This document shows positions 49,211 to 58,969 of a stretch of DNA of 64,000 nt, in pieces. The stretch spans positions 4,805,109-4,869,108 of the forward strand of contig OZ241970.1 of the NCBI GenBank assembly GCA_965204005.1, in the 5' to 3' direction. This stretch comes from Candidatus Versatilivorator sp. Lineage in GTDB: Bacteria > Acidobacteriota > Terriglobia > Versatilivoradales > Versatilivoraceae. The stretch's first letter is position 1; each line of letters opens with the position of its first letter. Below the pieces are notes generated by a model. It ran no database searches and was not told where the DNA came from. It was given only the letters and a program-made list of their open reading frames with translations. A program made the translations under genes and the position numbers.

Positions 49211-49999
49211 GTGAGGAAAAACAAGCTCAAGCAACAGCTCAAGTCCGGTCAGCCCACGCTGGCGACCCATCTGCACAGTATCTGGCCCTCGGTGGTCGAG
49301 GTGGTGGGACATACGGGCGTTTTCGACTACGTGGAGTTCGTAGCCGAATACGCTCCCTTCGATCTGAACTCGCTGGACAACTTCTGCCGCGCCGTCGAGC
49401 TCCATGACATGTCGGCCATTATCAAGGTGGACCAGGAACCGCGGGGGTTTCTGGCTCAGCGGGGCATCGGGTCCGGGTTTCAGGGAGTTCTCTTTTCGGA
49501 CTGTCGAACCGTGGAGGACGTGCGGGAGTGCATTCGGGCCGTCAAGCCCGAGACCCCGGAGGCAGGCGGCCATCACGGCGTGGCCACCCGCCGCATCACC
49601 TACATGGGCTACGGAGGGTCGCCGGAGTACGCCCGGGCGCTGGACCAGACGGTGGTGGCGCTCATGATCGAAAAGAAAACGGCGGTGGAGCAACTGGACG
49701 AGATTCTGGCCCTGGGCGGCATCGACATGATCCAGTGGGGTCCGGCCGACTATTCCCTCAGCATCGGGCGGCCCGGCGAGTGGCGCCATCCGGATATCAA
49801 GGCGGTGGAGCGGCGGGTCATCGAGGCCGGCCTGAAGACAGGTATTCCCCCGCGGGCGGAAATCGAAAGCGTCGACCAGGCCAAGTACTACCTGGATCTG
49901 GGCGTACGCCACTTCGCCCTGGGAACCGACGTTACGGTCCTGTTCCACTGGCTGAAGGGAAACGGAGAAAATCTGAGGAAGGCGCTCGAGGGGTCCTGA
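49211..49999 (+). CDS. HpcH/HpaI-family aldolase (2-keto-3-deoxy-acid aldolase-like)
   Basis: LKSGQPTLATHLHSIWPSVVEVVGHTGVFDYVEFVAEY and MIEKKTAVEQLDEILALGGIDMIQWGPADYSLS fit the family pattern. The GTG start at 49211 has an AAGGAG RBS. Confidence 0.75.
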   Translation: MRKNKLKQQLKSGQPTLATHLHSIWPSVVEVVGHTGVFDYVEFVAEYAPFDLNSLDNFCRAVELHDMSAIIKVDQEPRGFLAQRGIGSGFQGVLFSDCRTVEDVRECIRAVKPETPEAGGHHGVATRRITYMGYGGSPEYARALDQTVVALMIEKKTAVEQLDEILALGGIDMIQWGPADYSLSIGRPGEWRHPDIKAVERRVIEAGLKTGIPPRAEIESVDQAKYYLDLGVRHFALGTDVTVLFHWLKGNGENLRKALEGS

Positions 50000-50033
50000 C
50001 CGGCAGGTCGATCGGACGGGCCGTTGTCCGGCT

Positions 50034-51164
50034 TCAGTGCTGCAGGACGCCGGCCACGTAGCTCAACAGGTCCCCCTGGCTCCGGGACACTTCCTTGAGC
50101 CGTCGATAGTCCCCGCCGAGCTGGCACAGTTGGGCGACGCTGGGGCAGGTGAGCTGGGCCGGGTCGACGCCGGCAAGGTGCTGGAGAGACACCTCCACGG
50201 CTTCGGGATAGCGCCGGATTCGGGCCAACAAGCCGACCAGAACCTGGGCCGGGTTGAAATCCCCGTCCTCACCCGTTTCCCGGGGGAGCTTGCCGCGAAA
50301 ATGGGCCACGGTCCGATCGACCTCCCGCCCCAGCAGGGCCCGAAGATAGAAGGCGTAATCCAGGTAGCCGTCGAAGGGCGGGGTCCCGCGGTACTGGAAC
50401 TCGGAAGAGAGGTGGGTGCCGTACTCGGCCAGCTCCAGGGCCAGCTTCAGCGTCTCCGGATCTTCCAGGTCCATGCTCATCTGGACCACCGAGAGCAGGT
50501 GGGAACTGTCCACGTAATAGCTGAATTTTCCGAACAACCAGTCCCGCCCCTGGATCAGGGCGGTGACCGAGGAGGTCTCGGGAGCTTTCCCCTCCTTATC
50601 GGCGATGGTGCGTTTCAGGTTGTCCAGCACTTCGCCGTGGAGCGTGCGGACCAGCAGGGCCACGGACTCGGCCCGGCCCTCCTCCGCCGGATACTGCTGG
50701 AGGCCGGTGATGGCCCGGCAGGTCCCATAGCTCTGCAGCAGCAGCTCGAAGCCCTTGCGGGGGTTGACCCGTTCGTAGAGGGCGATCTCGATGATGGCGG
50801 CCATTTCTTCCCTGGGCTCCATCTCTTCGATGGCGGCGGCCACCGGCCCGGTTTCGCCAATGGCCCGGAAGTAGGGCCAGGCCTGTTCGATGGCCCCGTC
50901 CTCCAGGAACAGTTGCCCGACTTCACGGGCCGCTTCGATCTGGGCCTGCTGGTAGAGGGCCGCCTTTTCCTCGGGAAGTTCGGGTTTGGAGTCGAGCTCG
51001 ATGAGTCCCAGGCCCAGCTCGTGCCGCTTCTTCATCAGGCGGGCGTTGAAGATGAGCGGGTAGTTCCTTTCCTGGCGGAATCGTTCGATCAGCAACTCGA
51101 AACCGGCCTCCGAGCCTGAAGATGTCAGGGCCATCTCGACGGTGTCAAACAGGTCTTCGTTCAT
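50034..51164 (-). CDS. Conserved hypothetical protein (alpha-helical); family not recognised
   Basis: A 376-aa ORF with normal amino-acid composition. The opposite-strand ORF 50037-51119 has an Arg/Gly/Pro-rich shadow composition. Confidence 0.5.
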   Translation of the reverse strand: MNEDLFDTVEMALTSSGSEAGFELLIERFRQERNYPLIFNARLMKKRHELGLGLIELDSKPELPEEKAALYQQAQIEAAREVGQLFLEDGAIEQAWPYFRAIGETGPVAAAIEEMEPREEMAAIIEIALYERVNPRKGFELLLQSYGTCRAITGLQQYPAEEGRAESVALLVRTLHGEVLDNLKRTIADKEGKAPETSSVTALIQGRDWLFGKFSYYVDSSHLLSVVQMSMDLEDPETLKLALELAEYGTHLSSEFQYRGTPPFDGYLDYAFYLRALLGREVDRTVAHFRGKLPRETGEDGDFNPAQVLVGLLARIRRYPEAVEVSLQHLAGVDPAQLTCPSVAQLCQLGGDYRRLKEVSRSQGDLLSYVAGVLQH

Positions 51165-51277
51165 GAGTCATTTCCGGGAGGGTTTGCCGAGCAGGCTTGG
51201 CTGGGGACGGCCAACCGCCTGGGAATCATACCATCTTGCCATCGTTTGCGCTCAGGAACCGCTAGTGGTCAGCCCAG

Positions 51278-51318
51278 CCGCCGCCCCACAAGACGGGGCG
51301 GATCATACAGGATGAAAC
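51278..51318 (+). repeat. Partial R1 unit (3' half)
   Basis: ccgccgccccacaagacggggcggatcatacaggatgaaac. Confidence 0.6.
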
Positions 51319-51324
51319 CGGGAG

Positions 51325-51470
51325 GTTTCAGACAAGTGATCAGTGGCCAGTGGATAGTTATTGAATCGATGCGTTAAGCGCCTTGCCGATCTTGGCGTCG
51401 CATGTCCTTGAAGGAGATGCACCTGTTTCCTTGTCTATTCGTGTTCATTCGTGTCCATTCGTGGTTCGCC
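51325..51470 (+). repeat. Family R3 composite element, copy C
   Basis: The order is GTTTCAGACAAG, then TGATCAGTGGCCAGTGGATA, then the core GTTATTGAATCGATGCGTTAAGCGCCTTGCCGATCTTGGCG, and finally the 10-bp periodic run tctattcgtgttcattcgtgtccattcgtggttcgcc. Confidence 0.7.
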
Positions 51471-51565
51471 CTTATAAAATGGTCAGGCATGGTTCCTCGA
51501 ATGATTTACGCCATTGGGCGGGGGGCGAACCGACCACTGATCACTGTCTTTACGGGTTTTCAACC

Positions 51566-52699
51566 ATGAAGCCATTCCAGCCATTCCTCCTGGTCGTTTT
51601 CTTGCTTTGCGCCTGGGCCTGCCAGCCGGCCACCGGTCCCCGGGATCATCGACAGCCGGCCGCCACGGAAATCGTCACCGTGGCCGGCAACGGGTCGGCG
51701 GGTTATTCCGGAGACGGCGGCCCGGCCGTGCAGGCTCAATTGAACCAGCCCTTCGGCGTGGTTCGCGGTCCGGACGGCCACCTCTATATTTGCGACACCG
51801 GGAACCACGTGATCCGCAGCGTTGCTCCCGACGGGACCATTGCCACCGTGGCCGGCAACGGGGAGGTCGGCTATTCCGGGGATGGCGGCCCAGCTCTCGA
51901 GGCCACCCTGAACGAGCCCTACGAGATTCGCTTCGACCGCCAGGGCAATATGTTGTTCGTGGAGCGGGTCAACCAGGTGGTCAGGCGGGTGGACCGCCGA
52001 ACCGGCCTGATTTCCACCCTGGCGGGCACGGGCGAGGAAGGGTTCAGCGGCGACGGGGGTCCGGCGGTCGAGGCCAGGCTGAGCCAGCCCCACAGCATCC
52101 AGCTCGGACCGTCAGGGGACCTCTTCATCTGCGATATCGGCAACCACCGGGTTCGCAGGGTCGGCAGGGAGGACGGCCGCATCCTGACCTTCGCCGGCAC
52201 CGGTGAGCAGGGCAGGACCCCCGACGGGGCTTCCGTGGCGGGGACCCCGCTCAACGGGCCCCGGGCCCTGGATTTCGACGCCGAGGGTGATCTGTGGCTG
52301 GCCCTCCGGGAGGGCAACGCGGTCTATCGCATCGACATGACGGCCCGGTCGATCCACCACGTGGCCGGGACCGGGGAGCCGGGATTCACCGGTCATGGGC
52401 AGCCTGCCCTGCAGGCAACGCTGTCGGGTCCCAAGGGGTTGAGCGTGGGGCCGGACGGCAACATCTACCTGGCCGATACCGAGAGCCACTCCATTCGCAT
52501 GGTGGACCGCGGCCGGGGCACGCTGGAACTGGTTGCGGGAACCGGCGAGCCGGGCGACGGCCCGGAGGGAGACCCCCTCAACTGCAGAATGGGCCGCCCC
52601 CACGGGGTTTTCGTGGACAGCGACGGCTCCGTCTTCGTGGGAGACACCAACGCCCACCGGGTCCGCGTGATCCGTTCCAAGAAGAAGCGGGAGAACTGA
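51566..52699 (+). CDS. NHL-repeat (six-bladed beta-propeller type) lipoprotein
   Basis: Start moved to the ATG at 51566 (MKPFQPFLLVVFLLCAWAC, lipobox-like). It has six repeats of GDGGPA...L..P.gv..gpdG.lyI.DtgNH.iR.v. Confidence 0.8.
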   Translation: MKPFQPFLLVVFLLCAWACQPATGPRDHRQPAATEIVTVAGNGSAGYSGDGGPAVQAQLNQPFGVVRGPDGHLYICDTGNHVIRSVAPDGTIATVAGNGEVGYSGDGGPALEATLNEPYEIRFDRQGNMLFVERVNQVVRRVDRRTGLISTLAGTGEEGFSGDGGPAVEARLSQPHSIQLGPSGDLFICDIGNHRVRRVGREDGRILTFAGTGEQGRTPDGASVAGTPLNGPRALDFDAEGDLWLALREGNAVYRIDMTARSIHHVAGTGEPGFTGHGQPALQATLSGPKGLSVGPDGNIYLADTESHSIRMVDRGRGTLELVAGTGEPGDGPEGDPLNCRMGRPHGVFVDSDGSVFVGDTNAHRVRVIRSKKKREN

Positions 52700-52941
52700 T
52701 CCGGTTCGGATTCGCCCTGGCCGGTGGTTGCCTGGAACCGCCCACCGGACTGGCACCGGCGCGCCCCGGGAACCGCCTTTACAAGCACCTTTCTCCGTGC
52801 TACTCTGCGCCACGTGTTGGAGCCCGAAGGGCCGCGGGCGCCGCCTTCCTCGGCCACAACGTCCGGCCCGCAACGGGTCGGCATCTCACGTCCCGGCCGG
52901 TTGTCCGGAGGCTCCAACGTCACCCGCCCGATTCCACCGGA

Positions 52942-53018
52942 GGGGCTGTAGCTCAGCTTGGGAGAGCGCCTGACTGGCAGTCAGGAGGTCGTGGGTTCGA
53001 TCCCCATCAGCTCCACCA
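52942..53018 (+). tRNA. tRNA-Ala (anticodon GGC), encoded CCA end
   Basis: Acceptor GGGGCTG/CAGCTCC with the G3:U70 identity pair, anticodon loop CTGGCAG, T-arm GTGGGTTCGATCCCCAT. Confidence 0.9.
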
Positions 53019-53104
53019 TTAAAATCAACAACTTAAAGGGATTTGAGGAAGCAGGGGAAAATCACAAGTCACCACTAAGTCACCACCGAAAAGGAGTTGA
53101 GACA

Positions 53105-53239
53105 ATGAGAACCCGTCCAACCCGAAGGCGAAGACCTTCCAAGTGCTCTCGATGCGGCATATGGGTTAGACCACTAGAGCGCCGCCTGCAAGACGGAATG
53201 TGCTATAGCTGCTGGAGAGCTCTTGGTGGGAGGATTTGA
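53105..53239 (+). CDS. Small (44 aa) basic CxxC...CxxC zinc-ribbon-like protein
   Basis: An AAGGAG RBS lies 8 nt upstream of the ATG. The sequence is MRTRPTRRRRPSKCSRCGIWVRPLERRLQDGMCYSCWRALGGRI. It lies in a low-GC tract next to tRNA-Ala. Confidence 0.35.
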   Translation: MRTRPTRRRRPSKCSRCGIWVRPLERRLQDGMCYSCWRALGGRI

Positions 53240-53377
53240 AAAGAGGTGAGGCCTCTGGGGTGGATCAGACACCCCGCCGAAAGTTCGCTGCGATCCGCTC
53301 CGACAGCTTTGATTGTGCGGCCCGCTCAATGCCCTTGAGCTTTCGGCGGTTTTTGCCCAGCAGACCGGGGGATTATT

Positions 53378-53637
53378 GGGGGACGTTGTTGAATTTGTGG
53401 AATTACTCTGTCTGGCGATTCTGTCAGCGCCTGGAGACGGAGAAAAAGCGGAGGGAAAATCTACAGTGTCGTGGGGGAATTGCTTGGTGCAATGATTCGG
53501 ACCCGTTTTGAGGGCGAATGGCAGTGTCAGCAAGTGCGAGTGTACCGAAGCGCTCGGGAAGGCATATGCCTCGCCGTTTTGGCTGGTCGGGAATAAGAAA
53601 GCGGGAAAGTTATTCCAGAAATTCAACAACGTCCCCC
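53378..53637. repeat. 260-bp MITE-like unit bounded by 23-bp terminal inverted repeats
   Basis: GGGGGACGTTGTTGAATTTGTGG (53378-53400) matches the complement of CCAGAAATTCAACAACGTCCCCC (53615-53637) at 22/23 positions. Imperfect pairing extends about 8 nt further inward. Confidence 0.6.
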
Positions 53638-53966
53638 ATTTAGGCTCACGGCGCGGTTGGGGTCTGGAGGACCAAGGGCGTCCCGTATGTTCCTGTCCTG
53701 GAATACAAGCGGGGGGCTCCGGTCGGCCAGGTCACGGGTCTATCCGACGCTGCCGGAGAGAATCCGGCGCAAGCTGGGGACGTGATGGGGCCGGGAAGGA
53801 CCCTGCAAAGGCGGCTGGGTTGGCTGGATTGATGGATGCCAGTGGATCGTTGAGGCTGGCGAAAGAGGCTGAATCCGAAGACGTTATTCTGGACATGGTA
53901 AGATAGTATATTGGACACCAAAACGGGAGAAGCAGCAAACAAGCCCTCTTCCCTATCTCAGTCAAC

Positions 53967-54173
53967 ATGAGCAAATTCTCACCAGATAAGGTCCTTGAAG
54001 CAGTGCCAAGAACCAAAGAGTTTATTTCCCTTGAAGAATTCTTGGTTCTCACGGACGCTGATCGTAGTGAGTTCGAATCTATTCGCATCGTGCCGCCAAA
54101 ACTAGGACGTAAGGGTTTTGGGAAAATGCTTGTTGTTCGTAAGAATCCAGTCTACGAGATTCGTAAGGATTAG
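53967..54173 (+). CDS. Hypothetical small protein (68 aa)
   Basis: An ORF in the low-GC island with plausible composition, no obvious RBS and no recognisable domain. Confidence 0.3.
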   Translation: MSKFSPDKVLEAVPRTKEFISLEEFLVLTDADRSEFESIRIVPPKLGRKGFGKMLVVRKNPVYEIRKD

Positions 54174-54442
54174 ACGAAGCGCTATCAATGGCACAAGATT
54201 CTGAAATTCAACCCAACCCCCTACCTCCCGGGTTTATCGAGTAGTGGATCGACAACCAATCCAAGGAAATTGAGACCAGACGACGGGAGATCGAGCTACG
54301 CGCACAAACAGACAAAAACCAATTCGAATATGCGAAACTTGCCCTGAATGTCCAAGCGAATGACACCAAAGAAGAACGTGACCACGAGTCCAAACAACAT
54401 AGCAAAAAGCTGATATTCGCTGGAATAATGGCCGGAGCACTG

Positions 54443-56535
54443 CTAGCCCATCTTTAACAAGGCTTCCAACTGCACGTTTATTATCAACACGTTACAGACA
54501 CTACAAACCGCAAGTGGCACTACAAACGGGTTGAAACCGGAGATTGGGGGGAGTCAGACGATCATCTTGCGGACGCCACCAGGGGCGGGATCGATGCCCA
54601 GGGCGTCGTAGATGGCCTTCTGATCGGGCTCGGCCCGAGTGGCCTTGCGGACGTGCAAGGTGCGCCCATCTCCACGCCGGAAGGTCACCGTCACCCGCTG
54701 CTGTCCCTCCAGGATGCCCCGCAACGTGGTCCAACTGGAGTCATTGCCCCGCTGCTTGAGGCGCTTGCGGATGACCTGCACCAGTTGGTAGGCAATGACC
54801 GTCAGAAACAGATGGCCTTCCGAGCGCACCGGCTTGTGATGGTAGATGGGGCGCAGACCCAGCTCGGACTTCAGGGAGCGGAACACCGCTTCCACGTCGG
54901 TCAGCAGGGTGTAGGTGCGCCACAAACTCTCCTCATCCCAGTCGGTCTGGTTGCTGCGCAGGCAGTAGACTCCGGGATGAGTGGCCATCGAGCCCGGGCG
55001 GGGCTGGTGCTTCCAGGTCAGAGAAGTTGCCTTCTCACCGCTCTCGTCGGTGAGGACCTCGACGGCGTAGTGCTGAGCCGCCCCCCCGGCTCTGCTCCTT
55101 CAGCCTCCCGATCCTCTCCCGCACCTTGCCGACGCCCTTGGGAGTCCGCGGCCGGCTCAGCCCCTCGGAGAGTCGGGTGAGCCCCTGCTCGAAGCGCCGG
55201 CTGAAGCGCTCCAGGATGCCCCTCTCCTTCTCGGCCCGCTCTTGGGACCGGCAGTAGAGACGGACCTCCTTGCCGTCCTCTGAGACCTGCTTGTGGAGTT
55301 GCAAGGTCTTCTTGGAAGCGGTCTCCACCGTCACCGCCGCCTCGGGGTCGAACTGCCTGCGGCCCTGGCGGCTGACGACCAGGTAACGGTACCCTTCCTG
55401 CTGAAGCCACCCGATGCGATCCTCGGTCGCCACCCCCCGATCCATCACCACCAGCGCTCCCCGGGGCGCCTCCAGCGCCTCCAGCATCCCTGCCAGCGTC
55501 CTGTGCTCATCCACCCGACCGGCAAAGACCTCCGAGCGGCGCACAAACCCCGCCCCGTCCAGCACCAGCCCCAGCGTCAGCAGCCGGCAGTCGCTGCGCT
55601 TCTCCTTGGAGTGCCCCCGCTGGGCCTTGGGTTGACCGGCGGCCTTTCCCTCGAAGAACGTGTTGGTCAGATCGAACAAGGTGACCCTCGGCTCCAGGTC
55701 GAACAACCCCAGTGCCCGGGTGAAGAGGTGACGCTCAATGGCCTCCCGGTGCTTCATCAGGGCGTCGGAGGCGCGATACATCTGCATCAGACTCAGCGTC
55801 TCGAAGTCGAAGTCCAGCAACTCCCCCAAGCCGCTGCGACGGCTGAGCCAGCGCCAGGTGGCCCTCTCCGAGCCCGGTCGGGCCAGACGGCCCACAACCG
55901 CCCCCACCGCCGCCGCCCGCATCGGTCCGTTCAGCCCCAACTCGGCCAGCAACTCCCCCACCCCCAACTGCTCCAGCACCCAGCAGCCCACCTGCTCCAC
56001 CCCCACGCTGCGGGGACGGGTCAACTCCACCGAATCCACCTCCACCGTCTGCATCGGCTCCGAGCAAGCCTCCCCGCCCGTGCCCATGACGTCGGCTTCG
56101 CCCTCCAGCAGGCGGGCGGCCATGCGCTGGGCTTCCACCTCCAAGGGGGTGGAGACCTCCTCCAGCAGGGGCAACTGGCCGCTGAGGATGTCCTCGAGGC
56201 GGCGGCACAGCAGGGGCCAGTCCTCACGGGGGATGGGGAAGTGGCTACCCAGGTTGAGGAGGGTCTGCTGACGGACCTTGCCGGAGAGGCGGCGGGAGCG
56301 GACGAGGCGGTGGGTGAAGTAGGTCTGGCCGGAAGAAATAGAGCGGGTCTGGGTGCGACGGATGAACATGGGAGGGACGGTAACAGAGGGAGGAGAGGGG
56401 GTCAAGCCCATCCCATACGATTATGGCACTACATTAAGGTCCCTCAACCAAGAATCAACAACTTACGGGTGATTTTAGGCCAAAATAGGGGTAAAATGCC
56501 CTAAATTGCCCGGCCTGTTGTTAAAGATGGGCTAG
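54443..56535 (-). mobile_element. IS1634-like (IS4 superfamily) insertion sequence, 2093 bp
   Basis: Perfect 18-bp terminal inverted repeats: CTAGCCCATCTTTAACAA (54443-54460) and TTGTTAAAGATGGGCTAG (56518-56535). No clear target duplication was seen. Confidence 0.8.
54554..56411 (-). pseudogene. IS1634-family transposase split by a frameshift at a G7 run (plus-strand C7, 55081-55087)
   Basis: ORFs 55035-56411 (MFIRRTQTRSISSGQTYFTHRLV...) and 54554-54988 belong to one protein. Removing one G gives the continuous ...LKEQSRGAAQHYAVEVLTDESGEKATSLTWKHQPRPGSMATHPGVYCLRSNQ. Confidence 0.8.
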
Positions 56536-56785
56536 GGTTCTTGGTTTATTCTCTCCATACTGGAAAAGACCAAGTAGCACTCGAAATTCTCAAAGCAGCC
56601 ATATTCATAGGGTCGGGCGGTCTTGGCGGATACGCTTTAGGGACAAGACAGTCCCAAGACAAGAAGACCGGAAAGTAGTAAACCTCGCCTTGTGCTCCGC
56701 GCAGGCCTGCGCGAGCTGAAAAGCCCCAACATTGACTGGCGACTTCGGGTCTGCTGGCCCGAGGGTAAGTCCTGAAGTCTCCGTG

Positions 56786-57127
56786 CTATCCGTGGGAGCA
56801 ATCGTGGTAACTTCCGCCCCGCAACCGAGACTGGCTTGCGCACATCACCACGGTCTGCGCCCCTTGCTTCGGGTCGAACAGTACCAGTGGATCGAGTGCA
56901 AAGCTTGCGCGGCTCAGGGTGACTCCGAGCATTTCTTCCGGTATCGCGCTCCGGGTGATGTTGGTGAAGACCGACCCGGGGTGCACCGCCGTCGAGAGCA
57001 GGTTGTAATCCTTTCCGAACCGTCTTTCGAGCTCGAATGAAAAATGAACCAGCGCCAGTTTCGACAACCCGTACGCATCCCAGGAATTGTAACCTTGGCG
57101 CTCATTGAAGAGGTCCCTGTTCTTCAT
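56786..57127 (-). pseudogene. Short-chain dehydrogenase/reductase, C-terminal fragment only
   Basis: Contains the catalytic YGLSKLA (YxxxK) and downstream VHPGSVFTNI. The N-terminal Rossmann TGxxxGIG region is absent upstream. Confidence 0.55.
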
Positions 57128-57363
57128 CCTGTCGTGGGCAAACCAATGGGGCAGGACGGCAGGCGCGGTTTAATCGGGGATTGAAACACCCCCCCTGCCG
57201 GTGACAAAATAGGCGGGTTGATCTACGAGAATGTCTGAAGGCGCCTTCAAGGGCGCGTATGAAACTCCGAGTCCTCCGAGGCGAACCGGGTGATCGAATG
57301 CCTGGTTTCGTTTCCGGCAGTGGGGTTTCCAAGACAAGGTCCCAACCCGGACCAGCCGAGGCA

Positions 57364-58830
57364 ATGAGGCGACTTTCCCTTCTGCTGCTTGCCGTCCTTC
57401 TGCCGGTGACCGGGTGCTACCGCTCGGGGGCCCCTCTTCAGCGCCAGCCCAAAGTGCAGGTTCCGGCAGTCTGGAACTCGGGGGAGGCGGCGGAGAGAAC
57501 TGTCGACGTCCATTGGTGGAAACAGTTCGGAGACCCCCAACTGGACGCCTTGATCGAGGAGGCCCTGAGCAACAATCATCAGCTCCTTGCCGCCGCCGAC
57601 CGGTTGGAGGCGGCACTCATCCAGGCCCAAATCGCCGGCGCCGACCTGGTGCCGTCCATGGGTTTTGCCGTGAACAGCAGCCGCCAGCGGCAGAACTTCA
57701 TCGGCTTGCCCCTTCCCGGTTTCGCCGGTCGCGTGCCGCGAGCAACCTACACCCTCATGGGAGTTGGTCTCGACATCAGTTGGGAGCCGGACCTTTGGGG
57801 AAGAATCCGCAGCGGCCAGGTTCAGGCCGGAGCTCTGGCCTCCGCGCAGTCCGCCGACCTTGCGGCAGCCAGGCATTCCCTGGCGGGCCAGACGGCCAAG
57901 GCCTGGTTCGCCTCCGCCGCGGCACACCTTCAATTGCGCCTGGCTCGCGAGATGGTGGACAGCTACAGGACAACCTCCCAGTGGGTTCAACAGCGCTTCG
58001 AGGCGGGTTTCCAGACGGCTTTGGAATTGCGCATGGCCCTGGCGGACTTGTCCGAGGCTGAATCGCTGGTTCATCTCCGCCGCGAGCAACTGGACCGCGG
58101 CATCCTGCAGATCGAACTTCTGGCCGGGCGCTATCCTGCCGGGGGGTTGAAGGTTCGAGACGGTCTCCCCGCGGTTTCCTCGGAAGTTCCGGCCGGCCTC
58201 CCCTCCGAACTCCTGACCCGACGGCCCGATCTCATCGCGGCCCAGCGGCGCCTGCTGGCCTCGGATGCAGGCATCGTCCAGTCTCAGGCGGCCCTCCATC
58301 CTCGATTCAGTCTCACGACCGGCGGTGGAACGGCCACCGATTCACTGCTGAGCCTGTTGAATGGGAACTACGCCGTCTGGAGCCTGCTGGGAAACCTGGT
58401 TCAGCCCATCTTTCAGGGAGGGCGTCTCCGGCGCCAGGTCGACATCGCCCGCAGCCGCTCCGAGGAGGCCCTGGAGATCTATACCGACGCCGTCCTGAAG
58501 GCCTTCGGGGAGGTGGAGACGGCCCTTTCGGTCGAGATTCTCCTGCATGACCGGCTGCGTGAGCTGGAAGAATCGGCCGCGGAGGCCCGAGGGGCCCGGA
58601 AACAGGCCCGGCTTCGCTATCGCCATGGTCAGGGCGGCCTGCTGACGGTGTTGGAGACCGAACGGCGGATCCTCGGCATGAAGAGCCGGATCCTGGCCCT
58701 GCAACATCTCCTGCTGGACAATCGGATCGATCTTCACTTGGCGCTGGGAGGCGGCTTTGACCCCAACGCCCCGTCGGACTCGCCGGGAGCCCTCATCCCA
58801 GTGATGTTTGAGGGAGAGCAGGGTCATTGA
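57364..58830 (+). CDS. RND efflux outer-membrane lipoprotein, NodT family (TolC-like)
   Basis: Start moved to the ATG at 57364 (MRRLSLLLLAVLLPVTGC lipobox). It has WWKQFGDPQLDALIEEALSNN and the two-repeat OEP architecture. Confidence 0.88.
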   Translation: MRRLSLLLLAVLLPVTGCYRSGAPLQRQPKVQVPAVWNSGEAAERTVDVHWWKQFGDPQLDALIEEALSNNHQLLAAADRLEAALIQAQIAGADLVPSMGFAVNSSRQRQNFIGLPLPGFAGRVPRATYTLMGVGLDISWEPDLWGRIRSGQVQAGALASAQSADLAAARHSLAGQTAKAWFASAAAHLQLRLAREMVDSYRTTSQWVQQRFEAGFQTALELRMALADLSEAESLVHLRREQLDRGILQIELLAGRYPAGGLKVRDGLPAVSSEVPAGLPSELLTRRPDLIAAQRRLLASDAGIVQSQAALHPRFSLTTGGGTATDSLLSLLNGNYAVWSLLGNLVQPIFQGGRLRRQVDIARSRSEEALEIYTDAVLKAFGEVETALSVEILLHDRLRELEESAAEARGARKQARLRYRHGQGGLLTVLETERRILGMKSRILALQHLLLDNRIDLHLALGGGFDPNAPSDSPGALIPVMFEGEQGH

Positions 58831-58969
58831 CTACGTTCTTCGCTCGCGAGCACGCGCTGAGGGGAAAACTCCTGCGCCACCATCACGCCCCCCTGGTGAG
58901 AAATGCAGGTTGAGCCAGCGCGTATGGATTCCGCAAGCAGTCTCGAGTCTCCATGAGAGAGTATGGACC

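Noticed and set aside
53022-53065. Similarity between the sequence just after tRNA-Ala (AATCAACAACTTAAAGGGATTTGAGG) and the inner right end of the IS1634-like element (AATCAACAACTTACGGGTGATTTTAGG, about 56454). This could indicate a solo IS end.
   Set aside because: Only a 12-mer is exact and the similarity does not extend further. Exact 12-mer matches are expected by chance many times in a 64-kb window.
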